A stretch of DNA of 59,714 nt from Desulfobacterales bacterium (lineage in GTDB: Bacteria; Desulfobacterota; Desulfobacteria; Desulfobacterales; ETH-SRB1), in the NCBI GenBank assembly GCA_030610995.1, contig JAUWQO010000005.1:1-59714 (forward strand), in the 5' to 3' direction. The notes below the pieces were generated by a model. The model did not search any database, was not told the DNA's origin, and saw only the letters and a program-made list of their open reading frames with translations. Positions 1 through 7,836 of the stretch are shown here, one piece after another (the stretch's first letter is position 1; each line of letters opens with the position of its first letter). The translations under genes and the position numbers were made by a program.

Positions 1-218
1 GGCTATTAGAAGTCCCTGTCTCGGTGTACAAAAATCTTCAGGATAATTGGTGGCAATTCAAATATACCTAATTGATTTATCAGTACATTTTGCGATTATA
101 TTCAAAAAATATTTTTTCAAAGAGCGAAATGTAAGATTTAAGGCCTTATTTAACGCAAAATTTTAAGGTTTTATATATTATCTCAATATGTTGCCGTGGC
201 CCGACCCCCATTCCCATT

Positions 219-262
219 GTGGTGTGGGAGGGCTCCTCAGTGATGGGGAGTCCTATCCCGAT
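219..262 (+). mobile_element. Group II intron 3'-end remnant (3' half of domain V plus domain VI), class C-like
   Basis: Sequence GTGGTGTGGGAGGGCTCCTCAGTGATGGGGAGTCCTATCCCGAT folds into a DVI stem with a GNRA (GTGA) loop, a bulged A at 255 (8th base from the end) and a terminal AT. The rest of the intron and its RT gene are absent. Confidence 0.7.
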
Positions 263-302
263 ATGCGGCACGATTTTTTCCCATAGATTCGAAATGAATT
301 AG

Positions 303-3300
303 TCATGTCGGCTCCGCAAGGACAATCTGCGGCCAGGGAACTCCCATCGCAATATTGGGATGGCGTGGTTCGGAATCGACGTGTCCATAATCGTCTCGAA
401 TTTCATCTATGGCGGTCAGGCACTCAGTCGCCAGCCGAGATTCTGCACCGTTACCGTTCACCACCATGTCAAAAAGACCTTTCCTGAGTTCAGGTGCAGG
501 CAAGCTATATAATTGCTGCATTCCGGATGACTCTATCGGCGTCTGACCAACGAGCACATGGCGCAGCGCGGTATAGAGTGCGGTACCTCGGAATCGCTTG
601 TCTTGTGCTGCGCCAACGCGAACAAGAAGTAGTAAGCCGTCTGCATCTGCCGCATTCGCAATGGCGTACTCAAGTATTGACTTAGCAGGACTATCGGCAA
701 CTCTTGGGAACCGTTCATAGACTTCTTGACGAAACTGTTCATGGGAATTCATGAAAGCCGAGAGTTTACTGCCGAAATCCATCCTATCGTGGCTTCCACG
801 TTTGCCAGAAAACGATGCATTACAGACCAAGTCCAGCAATATTCTGGCGACCGTCAGGGTATTGCGTTTGGTAAGCGCCGCCAGCCAGTCGTATTCATTG
901 AGAAACCGCTCATCTCTCTTCGCCAATTCGCTAAGTACGTTTTCAGCCTCGACGGACAGCGCGTAGCTCAATGCAGAAAGCAACCCGCGAAGCTTCCAAG
1001 GCTCCAAATAACGGTCTTCCAAACGGGTAAGTACATCCAAAATGGAACCGGGCGCTTCCGTGAATGGCAAAAGCCTTAACCATGCATTCAGACGCCATCC
1101 ATCCTGTTCCTGTAGCATCCACGGATTCGTCTTCGCTTTTTCCAACAGGTCATCAATTCCCTGAAGTACAACCTCGGAAGGAATCGTTTCTCCGGAAACA
1201 ACGAAGACAGTTAGAAGATCTTGCTTGTCAATGGCGGGAAGCGGCAATTGCAGCAGTGATGCAATCTTATCCTCCTTATCGACATAAGGCATGCTGAAGG
1301 CAACGGTCGCGAGCTTTAGGGCATGTTTGTAGTCAGCGTCTTCCGCGCCCGGTTTTATGAGATCATCTACCACGGCAAGGATGTCATTGACGAATGCCTG
1401 CGTGTCACCTTCTGTCCCGGATTGACGCTTTGCGTATTCATCAGACACTACTGAAAAGTCGGGCCACGATTTAAGAAATCCAGGTTTTTCTTCGGGGGGC
1501 TGCGACCTTCTCCAGACTGCTTTGAGAACATGAGCTGCATCAACGCCGAAGTCGTGGTCCGGCAGATAGGATTTCATTATTCGTACAGTCTGATCGTCGC
1601 CAATAGCCGCGAAGGCGCGTCTATACTGAAGGGTCCAGCACATATGTGCATCATTTTGGATTTTGCGACCTTTTTTACGCGCATCCAAGAACTCCTCCAT
1701 AGCTCGCTTTCGCCGTGCCAGGTCTTCTGATAGTAGTTCCTGAAGCACAGGCACGAGAGAGGGTGATTCAAGACGTTCCGCAGCCTGCGCTATCTCAGCG
1801 AATTGTGCACGCGTGGCCTCAGGGGAAGCGAGGAGGATTTTTGCCCATCGCTGGATCGCGGCGGACAACCTTCCGTGAGTCGGCGCGTCAAGTCGGAGTG
1901 TTTCACGCTCAACGCTTTTTCCATAGCGGGATATGAGATCAGCTAATAAGGCAATTTCGTCTGGCATTTCAGTTGCTGCACGTTCAAGAACAGCCTGAAT
2001 GAATAAATCGGGTTTGGTATTCGAAATCCAGCGGGACAGCCTGTGATACTCATCGCTCAGTACCTTATCGTATCTGCCGTTGTTTGCTTTTATCCTGGTG
2101 TGTATCCCGAACATCTGATCGATGAGTTGACCGATGGTTTTCGGCCCAACAATACTGACCGCTGATTCCCTTCCCTTATCCTTCCCCGAATTGCGTAACA
2201 CACGTTCTACAAGCGGCCCCTCGTCAATGACTAAATCGGATGTCCGCAGCAATTCGTCAGTTCGGAACGGCACTGGCTTGCCACTCTCAAGCAGCGACAC
2301 GAGCGCACCGACTACATCCTCCGGGTACAGCTCGTGCGACCGGTGAACAAGCCACGCGTTATCCTGCGACTTTTCTGAAAAGTCTATTTTCTCAATAAGT
2401 TCACGAATCTTCGTGCCCGTTTCGGCATCGCGAACGTTTGGACTCAAAAGCGTATTAAGGATTTGACGAGGATCGGTTTCTGCAATAAGTAGTTCACCAG
2501 CTTCTTTTTCCATGCGTGCTGACACTTGCGGATCGGCGAACTCATGGGGGGGCCATTTTCTGGACAAAGAGCGCCAAACCTCATCAGATGCAGACTCAAG
2601 AATATCTTTTACAAAGCGATTCGCGCGTCTGAACAGGAGGGATTCAATAGCTGACTTTTGAACCTCTAAACTTGCATCGTTCTTTGCCAGATGGGTCGCA
2701 AGTTCAATACCATCCATGCCGCTATTGCTCGCGATTTCCGCAATCACGTGCACTCGCACTTTCTCCGGAAGCGCAGCGATCCGTTCCTGAACATCCGGGC
2801 CAAGAACACTCGGCCTAAACCTGCGACCGGACCGGAGTGCGTGAAGATGTACCTGGCTGTCTGGGTCTGAAATCAAAGGCCAAATATATTGAGAAAACTC
2901 GGCCCGGCCTGTGTCAATCATAAACTTTACGGCACGGTCCACGCGCCCTTCGGTGTGCCATTTCCCGGCAAAGGACATGACATCGTCCCTGACCTGTTCC
3001 CACACTTCGTCAGATGACCGATAGATCATTTCCGCTGAAAGCAAAGGATCGATTCCCAGTGTTTCAAGAATGGCGCTTGCCACAGCCTGTATGCTGCCTT
3101 GATCCGCACGGGATAGACGGTCACATGCAAAAAGGACCGCTTCTTCCCAAATAGGTACATCAAGCACTTCTTCTCTCAACGTCTTTTTGGCGTCGTTATC
3201 ACCCGACGCCGCAAAAAGCATCAGTTGCTGTACCCAGAACGATGCGAACCATTCTTGGAATTGCTGGTGCTGGAAGGATACGCCGCCCGATTCTTCGCCG

Positions 3301-4694
3301 GACCGAACGAGCATATGCGCACTCACAAGTGCGTCGAGCACCGTCATAGGTTGAAGAAGCTGCGCGATTTGCTTGGCGTCTCTTAGATGCTCCTGCACAG
3401 TGTTGACCACGGCGCGGGCCTGGCCTTCGGATAGCGCCACGGTCTCCTCACGCGCGGCTTCAACGGCGAGACCTTCCAAAAAATCCCTGTGAAAGCCTTG
3501 GGAAGCTCCTCGTAGTGTTGCCAATTTATCCGGGTCTTGCTCCAGTTCCGTGACAAAGGATCGCAACACCTCTTCCTTGGTTGTTGGAAGCGAACCTCCC
3601 GGTGCTTGTTTCAGCAAGGCTGTCAGGTAAAGCGGGATCGCTACCAATTCCCTGAGACCCGGCGTTCGCCAAGCATGGTCCATCAGGGATTCCCCTTCCG
3701 AACTACGCAGTGCCTTGGCGATTTCCAGTTGCTGTTCTTCGGTCAGAACGTCTACTTCGACAACAGGTCCGTCGACCGGGATATCGAAGTCCTTATGCCT
3801 TGAACTGACAACCAAGCGTATATCGGGGAAATCCCGCCGGAGAGATTTAACCTCGTTGCGTGCACGTCGCTTGGATGGCTCATCAAGCTCATTCCATCCG
3901 TCCAGAATCAGCACCAACCTTCTATGCTCAGCGAGCAGCCCGAATTGACGTTCTCTCGCATCCCGAAACGCCGCTCGTCGAAGAAGCGACTGGAAGAAGG
4001 TATCGGAACGGGTTGACCATTCACTCAGAGGAACAAACACAGCGACGGAAGAAGCGTAACCAAGAATTGCTTCCGTCAGTTGCAGAAGCGTCGTTGTCTT
4101 CCCAGTACCGGGAGGAGCTATGACAGCGATTTCATCAAATACTTCAATCGCCGAGGTAAGGCCGGAAGCCGTGAACACTTCTGTACTCTTCTCATCAACC
4201 ATCTTAAGATTGAGAGCAATGGCATGCGAGGGCCATCCGGGCATGTGTTGGAAGGCTGTCAGATCTGATTTAGAATAATCTAAGAGCAGATCAACGGCCG
4301 TTTGAACACCTTCGTCATCTGCGAGTAGCGTACCGACTGGACTCGGTTTAGAAGAAACAACCTCTAAGAAAGACCTGCGTACGGATAGTCTCTTCCAGGA
4401 GAGTAATTCTTCGACCGTAAAATACGCTTCATCGGAATCAACCAGCTTTCCATGATTCTCGCAGAGCCATATTCCGTTTGAGTAGGCCTTACGCTCATCA
4501 CTGGCCAATGAAGGATCGTAGCGTGGACCTTCCGGGGATGCCGCAGTTATGTGAGCTGCAACGCCGATGTTGATCGTACCCTCGTTATCAGACGCGGCAC
4601 CTCTCGTCGGTATCCCGCAGTCAGGCTTTGAGCACCTGTAGCCGGCGCGATGCGCCAGTTTCTCCTTCGTCTTCTGCGTAAAGTCGTCTCTCAT
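303..4694 (-). CDS. HNH endonuclease-like domain fused to NACHT/STAND NTPase with long helical C-terminus; candidate antiphage protein
   Basis: 1463 aa. N-terminal CSKPDC...AAHI...NGIWLCENH (HNH-like), Walker A APPGTGKTT, Walker B LILDGWNE, NACHT winged-helix motif FQHQQFQEW. Confidence 0.85.
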   Translation of the reverse strand: MRDDFTQKTKEKLAHRAGYRCSKPDCGIPTRGAASDNEGTINIGVAAHITAASPEGPRYDPSLASDERKAYSNGIWLCENHGKLVDSDEAYFTVEELLSWKRLSVRRSFLEVVSSKPSPVGTLLADDEGVQTAVDLLLDYSKSDLTAFQHMPGWPSHAIALNLKMVDEKSTEVFTASGLTSAIEVFDEIAVIAPPGTGKTTTLLQLTEAILGYASSVAVFVPLSEWSTRSDTFFQSLLRRAAFRDARERQFGLLAEHRRLVLILDGWNELDEPSKRRARNEVKSLRRDFPDIRLVVSSRHKDFDIPVDGPVVEVDVLTEEQQLEIAKALRSSEGESLMDHAWRTPGLRELVAIPLYLTALLKQAPGGSLPTTKEEVLRSFVTELEQDPDKLATLRGASQGFHRDFLEGLAVEAAREETVALSEGQARAVVNTVQEHLRDAKQIAQLLQPMTVLDALVSAHMLVRSGEESGGVSFQHQQFQEWFASFWVQQLMLFAASGDNDAKKTLREEVLDVPIWEEAVLFACDRLSRADQGSIQAVASAILETLGIDPLLSAEMIYRSSDEVWEQVRDDVMSFAGKWHTEGRVDRAVKFMIDTGRAEFSQYIWPLISDPDSQVHLHALRSGRRFRPSVLGPDVQERIAALPEKVRVHVIAEIASNSGMDGIELATHLAKNDASLEVQKSAIESLLFRRANRFVKDILESASDEVWRSLSRKWPPHEFADPQVSARMEKEAGELLIAETDPRQILNTLLSPNVRDAETGTKIRELIEKIDFSEKSQDNAWLVHRSHELYPEDVVGALVSLLESGKPVPFRTDELLRTSDLVIDEGPLVERVLRNSGKDKGRESAVSIVGPKTIGQLIDQMFGIHTRIKANNGRYDKVLSDEYHRLSRWISNTKPDLFIQAVLERAATEMPDEIALLADLISRYGKSVERETLRLDAPTHGRLSAAIQRWAKILLASPEATRAQFAEIAQAAERLESPSLVPVLQELLSEDLARRKRAMEEFLDARKKGRKIQNDAHMCWTLQYRRAFAAIGDDQTVRIMKSYLPDHDFGVDAAHVLKAVWRRSQPPEEKPGFLKSWPDFSVVSDEYAKRQSGTEGDTQAFVNDILAVVDDLIKPGAEDADYKHALKLATVAFSMPYVDKEDKIASLLQLPLPAIDKQDLLTVFVVSGETIPSEVVLQGIDDLLEKAKTNPWMLQEQDGWRLNAWLRLLPFTEAPGSILDVLTRLEDRYLEPWKLRGLLSALSYALSVEAENVLSELAKRDERFLNEYDWLAALTKRNTLTVARILLDLVCNASFSGKRGSHDRMDFGSKLSAFMNSHEQFRQEVYERFPRVADSPAKSILEYAIANAADADGLLLLVRVGAAQDKRFRGTALYTALRHVLVGQTPIESSGMQQLYSLPAPELRKGLFDMVVNGNGAESRLATECLTAIDEIRDDYGHVDSEPRHPNIAMGVPWPQIVLAEPT

Positions 4695-5039
4695 GTACTA
4701 AAGCTACCTAGCGTTTCCAGTTTTAGTCTTCCAACCGCTTACGTCGACGATCTCAATTCGTCAGTCCGTCTCGTCCTATAGTGTTCTTGTTCTACGCTCG
4801 GTCTCGGCTATTTCGCACCACGCTTCAAATAGGCTCCTCCATTGAAGCGATAGACCCGAGGGGAAAATTCCCTTCTACAGTTCGCTACTCCACTTCTATT
4901 TGTGCTATCCGCGTAGTTAATTTACCCAGTAATTTAAGCAACAAACAGCACTCCTAAATAGGCTGTTAAATGAGCTATATGAATGATCTATATAGGTCGT
5001 ATATTGTCATTAAAATTGTTCTACGACATGGATAGAGCC

Positions 5040-5163
5040 GCATAACCCGCCATCACAAGTGGGCAGGGGAAACATGCCTTTGTAAATGGCAAGTAAACAT
5101 AAAAATTGGTAAAAACCACAAACCGCACGACCCTGCCCATCTGAGTGCATGGCGTTGTTCTAC
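5040..5163 (-). other. attC site (124 bp)
   Basis: Minus strand reads GTAGAAC-AACGCCATGCACTCAGATGGGCAGGG...CCCTGCCCACTTGTGATGGCGG-GTTATGC: an imperfect palindrome with R''/R' boxes, 16 bp past the upstream stop codon. Confidence 0.85.
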
Positions 5164-5179
5164 TGCGGTTTGTTTTTCT

Positions 5180-5836
5180 CTACTCATTCATTGAGCGGTG
5201 TGCAGTATCGTCTTCATCAACCCAATCTTCCTCTTCCCATACCATCCCTTTACGCCCCGGAACTTTACGAGTTGGACCAGCTTTATATAAAGCGCATGAT
5301 TTCGGGCCATAACAGAACGTCTCGTATCGAAACCGTTTTTGTTTGGGGTTCCAATGGTCAATGACCATTTCAACTGCCATCTTGCAGCCCCACAAGCAGT
5401 TCTGACACTTTACATTGTAAGTTTGAGCGGCAAGCCTTCGGTGACCTCTTTCTCGATAGGTTTCAATGTCCGGCGGGATACCCTGCCATGGTGGAACATT
5501 ATGTTCTGGAATATTTGAACACTCGATAACTTTAAGCCCACTTGTTTTGTAATATTCCACAACCTCCAATCGGTTATCCAAAACCGGGTAGGATTGACCG
5601 CTGATACTATCGCCAACTTTAAAATGGTGCTTTGCTTGAGCTGCTTTGCCTATTCCGACAAGGAATTCACCTTCCTGTCCATCGATTGTTCCTTCCACCC
5701 TCAACGCATACCCCAAATAGTTGTGGCTGCGCTGATCGAATGATCGTGATAATCGTATCCTGGGCTGTACAGACATTAACCTTCCTTGCCAAGTGAGCTT
5801 TTCCGTTTTCATAATTCGATATGAATTCCTATTCAT
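5180..5836 (-). CDS. Hypothetical cassette protein, Cys-rich C-terminus
   Basis: 218 aa ORF bounded by attC sites; CQNCLWGC and CYGPKSC motifs. Start may be the second Met (5812). Confidence 0.75.
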   Translation of the reverse strand: MNRNSYRIMKTEKLTWQGRLMSVQPRIRLSRSFDQRSHNYLGYALRVEGTIDGQEGEFLVGIGKAAQAKHHFKVGDSISGQSYPVLDNRLEVVEYYKTSGLKVIECSNIPEHNVPPWQGIPPDIETYRERGHRRLAAQTYNVKCQNCLWGCKMAVEMVIDHWNPKQKRFRYETFCYGPKSCALYKAGPTRKVPGRKGMVWEEEDWVDEDDTAHRSMNE

Positions 5837-5865
5837 TTGAGCTGCCTACAATAGTGCGTCAAGCG

Positions 5866-5935
5866 GTAGAACGTGGAATTCACCGGAAAACACCGGCGCC
5901 AGCTGGTGATTTTCCGGTGAAATGATTTGTTAGCT
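5866..5935 (-). other. attC site (70 bp)
   Basis: Minus strand reads AGCTAAC-AAATCATTTCACCGGAAAATCACCAG...CCGGTGTTTTCCGGTGAATTCCAC-GTTCTAC. The upstream gene's TAA lies inside the R'' box. Confidence 0.9.
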
Positions 5936-6469
5936 TTTTTGCGCTATTTGTAATTTGGATATGTATTCCAAATGAATTGTTTGCAATTTCATCAAAAACT
6001 CACCGAGTTTTATAAGTGGTAACTCGGTTGAGAAGTATTCTTTTTGATTTGTTCGATAATTTTGACGTTCGTCATTAAAAATTACTGATACCTTTGGGTT
6101 AAAAGAAACACGCGAATGTGCAACAGCATTTCGTATATGTTGCAGGTAATTGACTATTGGAGTATCGCTGTGGTAGTCAGATTGAGTGTTCTTTGCAACT
6201 GTAGCGAGATATTTATTGATTTCATCGTATTCATATAGGAACTCGTCTTGAATTAATTCCCTTGGTATTACTAGCATTGAATATAGTGCCATAAGAAGAG
6301 CACCTTGATTGTCGATGCCGATTTTTACTATTTCATCTTTAATCCATGGTGAGCCAAATTCCATTTCCTCGAAAAAATTCGAATCAAGAAACTCATTATT
6401 TTTCAATTCAAGCAAAAATGCAGTAGTAAAATATGATTGAAATATCAAATTTTGTTCTTGGGAAAGCAT
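5930..6469 (-). CDS. HEPN-domain protein (pEK499_p136-like), putative RNase
   Basis: 179 aa AT-rich cassette gene with RxxxxH motif IRNAVAH; RBS AGGAG upstream. Confidence 0.75.
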   Translation of the reverse strand: MLSQEQNLIFQSYFTTAFLLELKNNEFLDSNFFEEMEFGSPWIKDEIVKIGIDNQGALLMALYSMLVIPRELIQDEFLYEYDEINKYLATVAKNTQSDYHSDTPIVNYLQHIRNAVAHSRVSFNPKVSVIFNDERQNYRTNQKEYFSTELPLIKLGEFLMKLQTIHLEYISKLQIAQKS

Positions 6470-6485
6470 ATGTTCTCCTTTTGAA

Positions 6486-6548
6486 AGCTAACCCGCCGCT
6501 AATCAGCCGCGCGGCTTTTTGGCGTCGGCTGAATTAGCTTTGTTATAC
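6486..6548 (-). other. attC site (63 bp)
   Basis: Minus strand reads GTATAAC-AAAGCTAATTCAGCCGAC...GCGGCTGATTAGCGGCGG-GTTAGCT. The upstream gene's stop codon lies within R''. Confidence 0.9.
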
Positions 6549-6866
6549 ATTTAATTCTTTATCTAGTAAAACTTGTATTTCATCTTGTATTTTTATTATT
6601 TTCTTTATCACTTTAGAAGCAGTTGAATTATGGATGTGAGGAAGATTATAATCCGGCATTTCACGCAATACTTTACTTCTTCCTCTCTCAATTGTTTCCA
6701 TTATCCATTTATAATCTTTTACCAAATTTGATGGGAAAGTGTTTGGATTTAATATTTTTAGCTTTGGCAAAACAGCTGCAATTCGTTTCCTGGCATCACC
6801 TTCATGTGTTGTGAGAGTATAAATTGCATCTGATAACTTTGAATTAATATATTGTAGAGATGGCAT
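6543..6866 (-). CDS. Hypothetical cassette protein
   Basis: 107 aa AT-rich ORF; starts 31 bp after the GTTATAC core and ends in an attC R'' box. Confidence 0.7.
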   Translation of the reverse strand: MPSLQYINSKLSDAIYTLTTHEGDARKRIAAVLPKLKILNPNTFPSNLVKDYKWIMETIERGRSKVLREMPDYNLPHIHNSTASKVIKKIIKIQDEIQVLLDKELNV

Positions 6867-6891
6867 ATGCTTTTATATTGAAAATATATTT

Positions 6892-6930
6892 GTATAACGT
6901 ATAGAGTTTTATCCATTGTCCCGCAGTACA
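6892..6930 (-). other. Putative attI-like site at the head of the array
   Basis: GTTATAC core (6898-6892) matches the first cassette's R''. No attC hairpin upstream, as expected for attI. Confidence 0.45.
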
Positions 6931-7018
6931 AGAATACTGGAAAGTTCGGGAGAAAAAAAGGGGGACGGGGTTGAAATTACGCGTTTCTATCCTTGAAACG
7001 AAAAGGGGACGGGTTATT

Positions 7019-7246
7019 TTATGCCGCTTCTTTGTACTTCACAAACCCCAGAGTCACACCATCCATTTCTGCTTTTTTTACAATCTTTTCCACAGTCCTC
7101 AGTATGTTTATCTCAACAAAAGTTTCACCACATTGATTACAAACCAAAGCAGGTACATCCTTCACCACTACTATATATTCTTCACCCGTTTGGAATGGCA
7201 AATTAGTCATACCTTTGATCATTCCTTTGCATAATAAACATTTCAT
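7019..7246 (-). CDS. YgiT-type zinc finger protein (MqsA-like antitoxin N-terminal domain)
   Basis: MKCLLCKG...VVVKDVPALVCNQCGE signature. Confidence 0.85.
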   Translation of the reverse strand: MKCLLCKGMIKGMTNLPFQTGEEYIVVVKDVPALVCNQCGETFVEINILRTVEKIVKKAEMDGVTLGFVKYKEAA

Positions 7247-7302
7247 TGTGCCTTCCTCCTGTTAAAACCTTCATCCCATTCATCTACGCTTGGGATATAG
7301 AC
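7243..7302 (-). pseudogene. C-terminal remnant of a DUF4258-like toxin
   Basis: Translates VYIPSVDEWDEGFNRRKAQ*, with its TGA overlapping the YgiT ATG (ATGA). This resembles the DUF4258 C-terminus; the rest of the gene is missing. Confidence 0.6.
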
Positions 7303-7365
7303 TCGGTGTTAGGCAAGATTTTATCGATGCAAAGTTTTTCTCTGAAAAGAAGAACTGGTGAAGTA

Positions 7366-7818
7366 TTATTTAATCTCAGTCAGTTGTCCCGATGCCTTTC
7401 TTAAATAAAGAGATAGCAAACGGGTCATCCCTTTAAGAACTTTTATTCCTATTCGAGGATATTCATCTAATATTATATCAAAATCTTTACGCGACAATGT
7501 AACCAATTTACTATCTGTTTGCGCCTTAATTGTAGCAGATCGAGGAAAATTATCTATAATAGACATATCGCCGATAGATCTTCCTTTAGATAAAGTAGTT
7601 ATAACTACAGCATCATGAGCATCTGATTCCTTTATTACATCTAATTTGCCATCTACAACAAAACAAACATAGTCGCCTTTATCCCCTTCATTAAATAAAA
7701 TTGCTCCCTTTGTTATTTGAACAGTATTCATATATTCTGAAATGGTTTTTAATTCATTTGCTTCAAGCTTATCAAACAGGGCTATATTATTTAAACAATC
7801 AATAATATCTTCTTGCAT
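7366..7818 (-). CDS. Stand-alone cyclic nucleotide-binding domain protein
   Basis: LFNEGDKGD...GDMSIIDNFPRSATIKA cNMP-binding motifs; no HTH. Confidence 0.9.
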   Translation of the reverse strand: MQEDIIDCLNNIALFDKLEANELKTISEYMNTVQITKGAILFNEGDKGDYVCFVVDGKLDVIKESDAHDAVVITTLSKGRSIGDMSIIDNFPRSATIKAQTDSKLVTLSRKDFDIILDEYPRIGIKVLKGMTRLLSLYLRKASGQLTEIK

Positions 7819-7836
7819 TTTTTAATCCTTCCTTTA

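Larger units (their letters stand above)
263..6898 (-). mobile_element. Integron gene-cassette array without integrase (CALIN-like), 4 cassettes
   Basis: Co-oriented minus-strand ORFs separated by attC hairpins. Each cassette's first bases match its own R'' box (TTATAC, TTAGCT, TTCTAC, TTATGC). No intI in the window. Confidence 0.85.

Noticed and set aside
7308-7818. cNMP-binding gene as an additional integron cassette
   Set aside because: Only a lone GCCTAAC downstream, no attC hairpin or matching start core, and the gene is closely coupled to the activase gene.
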